Assembly (NCBI GenBank): GCA_963749495.1
Contig: CAVVMW010000014.1
Coordinates: 597,317-661,316, forward strand
Direction: 5' to 3'
DNA length: 64,000 nucleotides
Source: an uncultured bacterium
GTDB lineage: Bacteria; Verrucomicrobiota; Verrucomicrobiia; Limisphaerales; UBA8199
The position numbers were made by a program, and so were the translations under genes. The notes below the pieces were generated by a model that saw nothing but the letters and a program-made list of their open reading frames with translations, was not told where the DNA came from and made no database searches. Shown one piece after another: positions 39,772-49,970 of the stretch. Every line of letters begins with the position of its first letter. Position 1 is the stretch's first letter.

Positions 39772-40992
39772 ATGATCGAAAACATCTGGTTTATCGCGGC
39801 GTTCTGGATGGGACTGGCATTGCTGGCGAGCCTCATTTCGATTCGGCTGGGGATTTCGGTCGCGCTGATTGAGATCGCGGTGGGGGTTGTAGTCGGCAAC
39901 ATCCACTTCGGCCAGTATCACGACCTGCTGCGGACCACGGAGTGGACGAGTTTTCTGGCGATGCTCGGGAGCGGGGTGCTGACGTTCCTGGCCGGGGCGG
40001 AAATTGACCCGGCTTCGCTGCGGGCGAATTTGCGGGCGAGCATGAGCATTGGGCTGGTGTCTTTCGCGCTGCCGTTTCTCGGGGTATGGCTGTTTGCTCA
40101 AAACGTGCTGGGCTGGCCGTTAAGGCAAGCATGGATTGCGGGTATTGCGCTTTCGACAACCTCGGTGGCGGTGGTGTATGCGGTGATGATTGAAGGCGGA
40201 CTGGGGAGCACGCCAATGGGCAAGACGCTGCTGGCGGCCTGCTTCATTACGGATTTTGGCACGGTGCTGGCGCTCGGGGTGTTGTTCGCAGACTTCAAAA
40301 TATCGCTGGCCGTGTTTGTGGCAGTGACGGCGGTGATGCTGTGGTTCATGCCGAGGTGGACTCAGTTGATCATCAGCCGGCTGGGCGCGACGCGGGTGAG
40401 CGAGCCCGAGGTGAAGTTCATTTTCTTCGTTCTGTTCTTCCTGGGGGGCCTGGCCTCGACCGCGAAGAGCGAGGCGGTGCTGCCGGCATATTTGCTGGGT
40501 TTGGTGGTCGCCGGGGTGTTCCTGCGGGACAAAACGTTGGTGCATCGGATGCGGAGCATCGCGTTTACGATTTTCACGCCGTTTTACTTCATCAAGGCCG
40601 GGCTCTTCGTGTCGTTGCCGGCGCTGGCGGCGGCGGTGGGGGTGATCCTGGTGCTGCTGGCAATGAAGATGGCGACAAAGTTTGTCGGGGTGTGGCCGCT
40701 GTCGCGGGTGTTCTATATGCGGAAGGGCGAGGCGACTTATACGGCGCTGCTGATGTCCACGGGGCTGACGTTCGGGACGATTTCAGCGCTCTTTGGGTTG
40801 CAGAACAAGATCATTGATCAGCAGCAGTATTCGGTGCTGGTAACGGTGGTCATTTTGAGCGCGTTCGTGCCGACGCTGATCGCACAGAAGTTTTTCCAAC
40901 CGACGCTGCGGACGATGACGGCCTGGGGCAGGCTCTACAAGCGCCGGGTCAGTGACGGGACGGAATCCGCACCGCCAGCCGGTGGAACGTGA
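39772..40992 (+). CDS. Cation:proton antiporter (CPA2)
   Basis: About 12 TM helices; FLAGAEID, ALSTTSVAVV, ACFITDFG. Confidence 0.85.
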   Translation: MIENIWFIAAFWMGLALLASLISIRLGISVALIEIAVGVVVGNIHFGQYHDLLRTTEWTSFLAMLGSGVLTFLAGAEIDPASLRANLRASMSIGLVSFALPFLGVWLFAQNVLGWPLRQAWIAGIALSTTSVAVVYAVMIEGGLGSTPMGKTLLAACFITDFGTVLALGVLFADFKISLAVFVAVTAVMLWFMPRWTQLIISRLGATRVSEPEVKFIFFVLFFLGGLASTAKSEAVLPAYLLGLVVAGVFLRDKTLVHRMRSIAFTIFTPFYFIKAGLFVSLPALAAAVGVILVLLAMKMATKFVGVWPLSRVFYMRKGEATYTALLMSTGLTFGTISALFGLQNKIIDQQQYSVLVTVVILSAFVPTLIAQKFFQPTLRTMTAWGRLYKRRVSDGTESAPPAGGT

Positions 40993-41008
40993 CGAACGCA
41001 TGATGCCT

Positions 41009-41452
41009 ATGTTCGAAAAAATACTGGTGGGTTACGACGGGTCGAAAGGCGGCACGGCCGCCCTCGAACGCGCCGCCGTGGCGGCGAAGCATTACAGCGC
41101 GGCGCTGACGGCGCTATGGGTGCGGGAACCACTGCCGCGGCACTCGGACTTGCCGGGGGAGTTCGAGGGCGAGCAGGAGGCGGCCGATGAGTATTTCAAG
41201 GAGCGGCAAAAAGAGGTCGCGGAAGTGGCCGCGCGGCATGGGGTCGGCATTGCCTGCCAGACGCGGCGGGGACACCCGGCCAAGACGATTGTGAGTTTTG
41301 CCAGGGAGGGGAACTACGATCTGATCGTGATTGGGCACAGCGACCACTCGGAGTTGTGGGGTCGGCTGCTGGGGGACACGGCGGACCGGGTGAGCAACCA
41401 CGCGCATTGCAGCGTGCTGATTGTGAAGCATCCGGAAAAACGGGCGCCGTAG
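41009..41452 (+). CDS. Universal stress protein
   Basis: [36 protein letters not shown]. Confidence 0.9.
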   Translation: MFEKILVGYDGSKGGTAALERAAVAAKHYSAALTALWVREPLPRHSDLPGEFEGEQEAADEYFKERQKEVAEVAARHGVGIACQTRRGHPAKTIVSFAREGNYDLIVIGHSDHSELWGRLLGDTADRVSNHAHCSVLIVKHPEKRAP

Positions 41453-41496
41453 AATTTAGACAGAACCTTCGAAGACAGAAAAATGGAAATAACACT

Positions 41497-42783
<1,287 letters not shown>

Positions 42784-42795
42784 TAGCTTTTTTCA

Positions 42796-42861
42796 GGCAA
42801 TGGAGTTTGCCTGCCCCCGACGGGGTTCGGGGGAAACCGCCCTTGGGCTGATGACTCTTAC
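42796..42861 (+). ncRNA. Second fluoride riboswitch
   Basis: GGCAATGGAGTTTGCC...AAACCGC...GCTGATGACTCTTAC. Confidence 0.9.
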
Positions 42862-42893
42862 CGTAACAGCGTTGTTCAGAACGGTAGCGAGTT

Positions 42894-43652
42894 ATGGCCA
42901 GTCCAAAAACAGTCCACGATAGCGGGCCAGCGGAGACGCGGGCTCGGAGTTTATTCGCGCTCCCCTTCGTGGGGCGCGAGCGGGAAATCACGCGGCTGGG
43001 CGAACTGCACGCGGAGCGGAAACACGTGCTGATTGTTGGTCAAGCCGGGGTGGGCAAATCGGCGCTCGTGGGGCGCGTGCGCGAGCGACTTTCACTGCTT
43101 GTATCGCCGAAGTCCGTCCATTTCGGGGAGATTTGCGGAAGCCTGGAACCGGAGTTTGGATTGGGGGCAGTGGGGTTGGGACTGCTTGAGCGCAAGCGTC
43201 AACTGCGGGCCGCGTTGCGGGAGTGTGGGCGGGCGGTGGTTTTCGACGGGGTTGGCTGGACGGGGCCCAAGATTGGCTCGTTTTTCGAGAGCGTTGCCGA
43301 ACGGGCGCCGGTGTGGATTTGCACACGGTCGGAGCATCCGTGGGACATCGGCCATATCTGGCCGCTGCTGGCCCGGTTTGCGCGCGTTCAAGTGCAGCCG
43401 TTTCATGTGGGCGAGACTCGGGCGCTGGTCGAGGCGGCGGTGGGAGGCGGGATGATACCGCCGGAGACACTGCGCATCGTTGAGTGGCTGCAACGCCGTT
43501 CGGCAGGCAGTCCGTTGGTGTTGCGGGAATTGTTCGAAGAATTGGCGACCGGCCGTTACGACCTGAGCAATCCGCTCGCCCTGCGACGGCTGGATTTGGA
43601 CCGTCGGATCCACGAGGTCTTCCCGGCGGCGAGCAGAACTGGTGATTTATGA
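42894..43652 (+). CDS. P-loop (AAA-like) ATPase
   Basis: FVGRERE, GQAGVGKS, degenerate Walker B VVFDG, SAGSPL. Confidence 0.7.
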   Translation: MASPKTVHDSGPAETRARSLFALPFVGREREITRLGELHAERKHVLIVGQAGVGKSALVGRVRERLSLLVSPKSVHFGEICGSLEPEFGLGAVGLGLLERKRQLRAALRECGRAVVFDGVGWTGPKIGSFFESVAERAPVWICTRSEHPWDIGHIWPLLARFARVQVQPFHVGETRALVEAAVGGGMIPPETLRIVEWLQRRSAGSPLVLRELFEELATGRYDLSNPLALRRLDLDRRIHEVFPAASRTGDL

Positions 43653-43840
43653 AACTCCTCATCGTCTCGGACGTTCACGGCAACTGGCCGGCCCTGCAAG
43701 CGGTGCCGGCCGCCGAAGGGAATACCGACCAGATCCTGTGCCTGGGCGGCCTCCTCGACTATGGCCCACAGCCCCCGAGTGTGTTGCCTGGGCCGTGCAA
43801 AGTCTTACGCAAAGACGAAAGCGACAACAAACGCATCTGA
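43649..43840 (+). pseudogene. Metallophosphoesterase N-terminal fragment
   Basis: LIVSDVHGNWPALQAV..ILCLGGLLDYGPQP, then similarity ends. Confidence 0.7.
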
Positions 43841-43914
43841 ACCATTTTGTTTAACCTGCCAACGTGAACACGACCCTACCCGCCGCCGCCGCCGGCGCGC
43901 CCCGGCCAACAGTC

Positions 43915-44190
43915 CGGTGGCTCAACCGCACTGTGCTCGGCATTGGGCTGGCCTCGCTCTTCAGCGACTGGTCGCATGAAATCGCCACGACGGTCATGCC
44001 CGCGTTCCTCGCGACGATGGGCGCGGCCGCCGCGTGGGCTTGATTGAAGGCGACTCGGACGGTTTGTCGAGCTTCGCCAAAATGGCGTCGGGCATCTTGT
44101 GGACGGGTTTAGGAACGACGGTGGCTTTTGGTTACAGCGCGGCGCTATCCCTGGCCGGCGCATGGCTGGTTTCTCGAATTCGCACGCGAG
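43915..44190 (+). pseudogene. MFS transporter remnant (first and last helices joined)
   Basis: WLNRTVLGIGLASLFSDWSHEIATTVMPAFL ... LWTGLGTTVAFGYSAALSLAG, with frameshifts. Confidence 0.65.
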
Positions 44191-44201
44191 CGTGCTGAAT
44201 T

Positions 44202-45893
44202 ATGGCTCGAACCGATGAAATTCTTAACCGCGTCTCCGGATTGGCCAGTGAGTTGAACCTGGCCAATCTCGGGCCGCAGATCGCGGCCTGCAAGGGGCTG
44301 ATGGAGGGGGACGCCGGAATTGCTGTGGCTGTGTTCGGGCGGTTCAAGGCGGGGAAGAGTTCGTTTCTGAACCACCTGGCCGGACGGGACGTGCTGCCGA
44401 TCGGGGTGGTGCCGCTGACAGCGATGATTACGCGGCTGCGCTTTGGACCTGTGGAGCGGGCGGAGGTTTGCTACCTGGATGGGCGGGCGGAGGTGATCCC
44501 GGTGAAGGACATCGGGCTTTTCGTGAGCGAGAACCAGAATCACGAGAACCGGAAGCAGGTGGCGTCGGTGGAAGTGGAGTTGCCCGCGCTGGAGGGCCTG
44601 GCGCCCCTACAATTTGTGGACACGCCAGGTTTGGGGAGCGCGTTCCGGCACAACACGGAGGCGGCGATGAAATGGCTGCCGAATGTGGGCGCCGCGCTGG
44701 TGGCGGTGAGCGCGGATGCGCCGCTTTCCGAGCGCGACCTGGCGTTGCTCGAGGAGTTGCGCCGGCACACGCCGAAGCTCGTGCTCCTGCTGACAAAGGC
44801 TGACCTGCTGACGGAAGCGCAACGGGGAGAAGTGCTGGCGTTCGTGCAAGAACAGACGCGCGCGAAGTGGGATGGCGGCCTGCCGGTCTTTTTCTACTCG
44901 GTCCACCCCGCGCTGACGGCACTCAAGGGGGAGCTGGTCGAACGGTTGCTGGCGCCGTTGCGCGAGGGCCGCGATGAAGCCACGCGGGCGATTCTGCGAT
45001 ACAAACTGGCGTCGGTCGTCAGCCAAGCGCATGATTATCTGTGCGTGGGGCTGGGGGCGGCGATGCAGACGGAATCCGCGCGGCAAGCCCTGCGCGGCAG
45101 GCTGGCCGAGGAGCGACGGCAGTTCGGGTTATTCCGGGAGGAACTGCAGGTGATGGCGCGGGAGTGGTCGGCGAAGGCTCTGGAGCAATCGCTGGAGCGG
45201 TTGCAGCCAACCCAGCGGAGGTTGCAGGCGAAAGTGACGACCGAATTGGGCGGGCGGCTGGAGGGCCGGCCACTGCCCCGGACGCTTTCGGGGCTGTCGG
45301 CCGGCTGGAGGGAATGGCTGGGCGCTTTCCTGAGGCGCGAGCTGGTCGAAGTGTCGCGCGAGCAGCAAGGGATGTTTTGCGAGCCGTTGAGCCTGGTTCG
45401 GGAGCACCTCAAGCGAGCGTTGCGCGCGTTTGATGACCGGCTGGCGGCGCAGGTCAAGGACACGCTTGGTTTGCCGCTGACGCCGCGCGAGTTCGCCCTG
45501 GAGGTGCGGCAGCCAGCCGCGCCGCCGGTGGACGTGGCGTATGCCTTCGACGTGGCGTTCAGCGCGATTGGCTGGGTGGCGCCGATGGAGCTGTTTCGCA
45601 GGCCGATTGGGCGCGTGCTGACGCGCAAGGCGCGGTGGGAAGTGGAGAAAAACCTCTCGCGGCTGGCGGCGGACTGGGGTGAGCGGGTGGCAACGGGCAT
45701 CGTGGAATTGAGCCGGCAGGCGGAGCAACAGGCGCGGGACCAACTGGAGGCGCTGGAGCAAGCGCTGGCGCGGACAAAGTCGGATGAATCGCGGCTGCGC
45801 GAGGCCATTAGGGAGTTGGCGGAGGCGGGCGCGCTCTTGCGGATGGCGGGCGTGCCGGCGGCAGGGTTTGAGCCGGGGCTTGACATCCATTAG
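44202..45893 (+). CDS. Dynamin-like GTPase
   Basis: GRFKAGKSS, PLT, VDTPG, TKAD, long helical C-terminus. Confidence 0.85.
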   Translation: MARTDEILNRVSGLASELNLANLGPQIAACKGLMEGDAGIAVAVFGRFKAGKSSFLNHLAGRDVLPIGVVPLTAMITRLRFGPVERAEVCYLDGRAEVIPVKDIGLFVSENQNHENRKQVASVEVELPALEGLAPLQFVDTPGLGSAFRHNTEAAMKWLPNVGAALVAVSADAPLSERDLALLEELRRHTPKLVLLLTKADLLTEAQRGEVLAFVQEQTRAKWDGGLPVFFYSVHPALTALKGELVERLLAPLREGRDEATRAILRYKLASVVSQAHDYLCVGLGAAMQTESARQALRGRLAEERRQFGLFREELQVMAREWSAKALEQSLERLQPTQRRLQAKVTTELGGRLEGRPLPRTLSGLSAGWREWLGAFLRRELVEVSREQQGMFCEPLSLVREHLKRALRAFDDRLAAQVKDTLGLPLTPREFALEVRQPAAPPVDVAYAFDVAFSAIGWVAPMELFRRPIGRVLTRKARWEVEKNLSRLAADWGERVATGIVELSRQAEQQARDQLEALEQALARTKSDESRLREAIRELAEAGALLRMAGVPAAGFEPGLDIH

Positions 45894-45908
45894 CCAATTA
45901 GCTAAGTT
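45880..45908 (+). promoter_or_regulatory. Sigma70 promoter TTGACA-N17-TAAGTT overlapped by operator TTAGC-N6-GCTAA (45890-45905)
   Basis: Read directly from the sequence upstream of arsR. Confidence 0.75.
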
Positions 45909-45924
45909 GCCAATATTCGACGGT

Positions 45925-46245
45925 ATGACTGAAAGAGACAAAGCGCGATACCACGCCCAAGCCAAGGTCCACAAGGCCCTGGCTCACCCGACGCGCCTCT
46001 TTATCGTCGAGGAACTTTCCCGCCGGGAACGGTGCGTCTGTGAGTTGACGGACATGATCGGGGTGGAAATGCCGACGGTGTCCCGGCACCTGTCGGTGCT
46101 CAAGGGAGCAGGCATCGTCGAGGACGAAAAGCGGGGGGCCCAAGTGTTTTACCGGCTCAGGACTCCCTGCGTGATGAACTTCTTCCGCTGCGTGTCAGAG
46201 GTTCGCGAGGCTGCTGTCAAGCGGGAGGCGGCGTTGCTCGCTTGA
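45925..46245 (+). CDS. arsR: ArsR-family metalloid-responsive repressor
   Basis: KALAHPTRL, ERCVCEL, TVSRHLSVLK, C-terminal CxxxxxxC. Confidence 0.9.
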   Translation: MTERDKARYHAQAKVHKALAHPTRLFIVEELSRRERCVCELTDMIGVEMPTVSRHLSVLKGAGIVEDEKRGAQVFYRLRTPCVMNFFRCVSEVREAAVKREAALLA

Positions 46246-46265
46246 TCTGTTTTTTCGAAGTGTAT

Positions 46266-46281
46266 TTAGCGAATTTGCTAA
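46266..46281. promoter_or_regulatory. Second TTAGC-N6-GCTAA operator downstream of arsR
   Basis: TTAGC-GAATTT-GCTAA, same dyad as 45890-45905. Confidence 0.7.
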
Positions 46282-46304
46282 TTGGCTACGGATTGGAGAC
46301 ATTT

Positions 46305-46538
46305 GTGAAAAGAGTGCAAATCCTCGGAACGGGTTGTGCCAAGTGCGCCAACCTGGCGGCGGCGACGGAACAGGCGGCGAAGACCCTCGGCCTGGAATAT
46401 CAAATGGAGAAAGTCACTGACCTCCGGGAGATCATGTCCTTTGGGGTCATGATGACGCCGGCGCTGGTTGTGGACGGCAAGGTGAAAGCCGCCGGTCGCG
46501 TGCCCTCCCTGGAGGACCTGAAGAAGATGCTCGCTTAA
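46305..46538 (+). CDS. Small redox-active disulfide protein (thioredoxin-like)
   Basis: ILGTGCAKC, GVMMTPALVVDG. Confidence 0.9.
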   Translation: MKRVQILGTGCAKCANLAAATEQAAKTLGLEYQMEKVTDLREIMSFGVMMTPALVVDGKVKAAGRVPSLEDLKKMLA

Positions 46539-46543
46539 TCATC

Positions 46544-46999
46544 ATGCCAGAATATCTCGAGATCACGGCAGACAAATTCACGTTCCGCGTCGCCACGGAT
46601 CGGCTTTACACGCCTCAGGGTGTTTGGGTCAAGCCGGACCCGGTCGCCAGGCGCGTTCGCATCGGCCTGGCCGACTACCCTCAGCAACACAATGGCGATG
46701 CGGCCTTCGTCAACGTGAAGCCCGTGAGCACCCGATTGGCGGCTGGGGAGCGGCTCGCCGAGGTTGAGACCATCAAAGCCATGGTGGAAGTGCCTTCACC
46801 CCTTACTGGGGCTGTCATCGAGGTCAACGCTGCGCTCAACGCCGGCCCGGAGGCCATCAATCAGTCACCTTATGAGGCGGGCTGGCTGGCGGTGATCGAG
46901 CCAAGCGCCTGGGACGCCGAACGTTCTAAACTGCTCGGTCCCGCGGCGTATTTCGCAGTCATGCAAGCACAGGTGCAGGAGGATTTGAAGGGTCTATGA
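46544..46999 (+). CDS. GcvH-like lipoyl carrier protein
   Basis: VRIGLADY, VETIKA lipoyl Lys, SPLTG, INQSPYEAGWL; no gcvT/gcvP nearby. Confidence 0.85.
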   Translation: MPEYLEITADKFTFRVATDRLYTPQGVWVKPDPVARRVRIGLADYPQQHNGDAAFVNVKPVSTRLAAGERLAEVETIKAMVEVPSPLTGAVIEVNAALNAGPEAINQSPYEAGWLAVIEPSAWDAERSKLLGPAAYFAVMQAQVQEDLKGL

Positions 47000-47424
47000 A
47001 TCCTTCCAAAGAAACCGTGGTCGTAGTGCCGTGCAGCGGCATCGGCAAACCGTTTGGGACGGTGAGCCGGGAAGCGGCCTACGAGTTATGCGAGGATCTG
47101 CGGCCAGGCAGCACCCGCTTGTTGGCCCTGGCCAGGCTGGTGTCGGGCGACGCTGCCGCTCGCAACCTCGTTGCCAAACACTCGGCAATCACGATTGACG
47201 GCTGCAAACAAATGTGCGCCGCCAAAATGGTCAGGGAGAGCGGCGGCACTGTGGCCCGCGAAATCGCTGTGCTGGAGGTGTTTCGCCGGCACAAGGACCT
47301 CAAACCCGAAGGCATCGCCGAGTTGAACGAGGCGGGGAGGAAGTTGGCGCGTGTGCTGGCTGAGGAAGTCGCTGAGAGTCTGGACGGCACGGGCCAAACC
47401 GTGAGAGGAGCAAGCCATGTCTGA
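46996..47424 (+). CDS. DGC-domain putative zinc-binding protein
   Basis: PCSG, IDGCKQMCA. Confidence 0.8.
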   Translation: MNPSKETVVVVPCSGIGKPFGTVSREAAYELCEDLRPGSTRLLALARLVSGDAAARNLVAKHSAITIDGCKQMCAAKMVRESGGTVAREIAVLEVFRRHKDLKPEGIAELNEAGRKLARVLAEEVAESLDGTGQTVRGASHV

Positions 47425-48142
47425 TTTAGTGGAACGGAAAGTCGGGATCGTCTCGTGCAGCGGCGAGGAACTGGCGGAGGGCACGGTAGCGCGGTTGGCT
47501 ACCCTGAAGGTGCTCAACGAATTGCGCCCGCGTGACACGGTGACCATCTGCCTGCCGTTGTTCCTGGCTGGGGGCGCGGGGGATCGGGCCTTCGCCAAGC
47601 TGCATCCCACAATTACGGTGGATGGCTGCGACCTGCGGTGCGCAGCGCGCGGCACCGAGAAGTACTCCAACGAGCCGGCCGCCAGCCTGGTGGTCAACGA
47701 GGTGGTGGCCGAGTGCGCCTTGGAGCGGCCAGAGGGGCGGCGGCGATTGAATGCCGCAGGGCAAAAGGCGGTGGAGGTCACCGCCGAACGCCTGGCGGCG
47801 CTCGTGGATCAAGCCCTGGGCAGGGAAGCTGGGACGCCAGCCGCCGGCGAGGCTGCGGCGCATGAGACCGATGGGGAGCAGCACGAAGCTACCTGCTCGT
47901 GCGGGTCGGGAGTCCCCGTTACGAAGCTCTCGATTGATGGCCAGACGGTGGAGTTGGTTGCGCTGCCGCTTATTTTCCGGCAGTTCCGCGAGACGGGGGA
48001 TGCGCAGGACGAGGGGGCGGCGCGCGAACTGTTTGAAACCGTGAAGATTTACAATGCGGTGCCGCCCAATGCGGAGGGGAGCTATCGCGAGGCGGTTCTG
48101 CGCGAGTATGCGGTCTTCTGCGAAAAGGAGAAGAAGCCATGA
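47417..48142 (+). CDS. DGC-domain protein with C-terminal extension
   Basis: SCSG, ICL, VDGCDLRCA, CSCG. Confidence 0.8.
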   Translation: MSDLVERKVGIVSCSGEELAEGTVARLATLKVLNELRPRDTVTICLPLFLAGGAGDRAFAKLHPTITVDGCDLRCAARGTEKYSNEPAASLVVNEVVAECALERPEGRRRLNAAGQKAVEVTAERLAALVDQALGREAGTPAAGEAAAHETDGEQHEATCSCGSGVPVTKLSIDGQTVELVALPLIFRQFRETGDAQDEGAARELFETVKIYNAVPPNAEGSYREAVLREYAVFCEKEKKP

Positions 48143-48591
48143 GCCGCACTGCCACATACAACACGACGGTCCGCTGGGAAGGCGAACACTGGGGCCACCT
48201 GGTGATGGGGAACGGTCCGGAGATGAAGTTCTCGGCCCCGCCGGACGCGCATGGTCATGCCGGGGTTTTCACGCCCGAGGATGGTTTCGTGGCGGCAGCC
48301 AATACCTGCGTGATGATGATGTTCATCTGGGCAACGGAGCGGTTCAAACTCAAACTGCTCTCTTACGAGTGCTGGACTGAGGGCACCAAGCTGATCGAGT
48401 TGGACCGCACGGAGATTTTCACGCGGCTGCATTTCCGGCCCGTGATACGCATTGCGGCGGGGGGCGAGCCGCGAGCAGCGATTGAAGCTCGGACCCGCCG
48501 GGCGCTCCAAGCGGCGCAGAAGTACAGTTTGGTGGCGAATTCGGTGAAGTCGGAAATCGTCGTGGAGCCGGAAATCACTATTGAGGAATGA
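48139..48591 (+). CDS. OsmC/Ohr-family protein
   Basis: FSAPP, TPEDGFVAAANTC, AQKYSLVANS. Confidence 0.8.
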   Translation: MSRTATYNTTVRWEGEHWGHLVMGNGPEMKFSAPPDAHGHAGVFTPEDGFVAAANTCVMMMFIWATERFKLKLLSYECWTEGTKLIELDRTEIFTRLHFRPVIRIAAGGEPRAAIEARTRRALQAAQKYSLVANSVKSEIVVEPEITIEE

Positions 48592-48657
48592 AAGCAACCA
48601 CGCCGCTATCTCAACCGGCCAGCCACGAGCCCAGCAGCAAGTAACGATGCGCGGCCT

Positions 48658-49476
48658 ATGGACGAGATCATGACTTTTCCCCGAAAGTGTGAGTTCGACA
48701 AGGCGCAAAGCTGCCTGGATCGTTTGGGGTTTCCCTACGAGACGGTCTCGCCCGCTCCCGGTTACGGACGAGTGGGAGTGCGGAGTCTGGTGATGAGCCA
48801 GGAAGCGCGGGGGAGGATGTTTCAGGAGATCGGGACGGAGGTTGTTTCTTCCGGGTGGGTGGATTATCGGCCCGCAAAAGTGTCAGTGCCGGCCACCCCT
48901 CCGCCGTCGTTCGAGGAGGATATCCTGGGCACGTGCGCGATCGTGGTGATGGCTCCTTGTGTGGCTGACACGTCGAAGATTCGTCTAATCGCTCACATTT
49001 CAGGGAATCTCAACGCCGTGTTTCCGTATCTGAATGCGGAAATGGCGGGGGCGACGTATTGCCGAGATGCGGAGACTCTGACCTACATGAACGGATACCG
49101 CTTGGTTTCGCTTTATGCACAGCGCCTCACCATCGCCAAGGCCGATGAGCTGGTTGATGCCTGGCGAACCCTGGAAAGCATCCGGTGCCTGGTGAACGAC
49201 ACCTGGCGGCGGCGCAGTTCCATCGTCCCGTGCTGGGAGATGCGCCGAAAGCCGCCGGCGCTGGAAATTTACCGGCGGCTTCCGGGGACCAACTGCCGGG
49301 CTTGTGGGGAAAGAACGTGCATGGCGTTTGCGTTGCGACTATGGAACGGGGCGGTCAAGCCCACTCTGTGTGTCCCGGTTTTTTCGGGGGAGCACAGGCA
49401 TCTGAAAGCGCCGCTGCTGGAAATGTGCTCGGGCCTTGGTGTGGCTGGGGGTGTGGGAATGGGAGGGGATGAGTGA
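48658..49476 (+). CDS. Fe-S cluster-binding protein (CFeSP-type 4Fe-4S domain)
   Basis: VFPYLNA; IYRRLPGTNCRACGERTCMAFA...LCVP. Confidence 0.8.
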   Translation: MDEIMTFPRKCEFDKAQSCLDRLGFPYETVSPAPGYGRVGVRSLVMSQEARGRMFQEIGTEVVSSGWVDYRPAKVSVPATPPPSFEEDILGTCAIVVMAPCVADTSKIRLIAHISGNLNAVFPYLNAEMAGATYCRDAETLTYMNGYRLVSLYAQRLTIAKADELVDAWRTLESIRCLVNDTWRRRSSIVPCWEMRRKPPALEIYRRLPGTNCRACGERTCMAFALRLWNGAVKPTLCVPVFSGEHRHLKAPLLEMCSGLGVAGGVGMGGDE

Positions 49477-49523
49477 ACCGATGCGTGAAGCGTGAAGCGT
49501 GATGTGGAAAGGCGAACTGAATT

Positions 49524-49943
49524 ATGAAGACGCCCATTAAGATACTTATCGTGACGGCGCTGGCTGTGACCGTGGTTGCAGCGGTGGCCCTCAAGCACGG
49601 TAGGAACGAATCCAAAGACGTTGCAACCGCCATCGACCGCAGAACCGGCTTGCCGCGACTGGTGGACCTTGGCGCGGGCAAGTGCATCCCGTGCAAGAAG
49701 ATGGCGCCGATCCTGGAAGAGCTGAAGAAGGAATACGCCGGGCGGATGGAGGTCGAGTTCATTGACGTGTGGAAGAATCCCGACGCCGGCAAAGCCTACG
49801 GGGTGGAGATGATTCCGACGCAGATTTTCTATGACGCCAGCGGTAAGGAACTGGACCGGCATACCGGTTTCTTCGGGAAGGAAGACGTCCTGGCCAAATG
49901 GAAGGCGCTGGGTGTGGAACTGGCGGCTGCGGAAGAGAAGTAG
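49524..49943 (+). CDS. Membrane-anchored periplasmic thioredoxin
   Basis: LVDLGAGKCIPCKKMAP, IPTQIF. Confidence 0.9.
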   Translation: MKTPIKILIVTALAVTVVAAVALKHGRNESKDVATAIDRRTGLPRLVDLGAGKCIPCKKMAPILEELKKEYAGRMEVEFIDVWKNPDAGKAYGVEMIPTQIFYDASGKELDRHTGFFGKEDVLAKWKALGVELAAAEEK

Positions 49944-49970
49944 CGACAAACCATCAGATTGATCCTGTGT

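Noticed and set aside
46544..46999. Glycine cleavage system
   Set aside because: No gcvT, gcvP or lpd in the window
48658..49476. hgcA mercury methylase in the ArsR island
   Set aside because: Only the CFeSP-type Fe-S domain is present; no N(V/I)WCA(A/G)GK cap helix or TM domain
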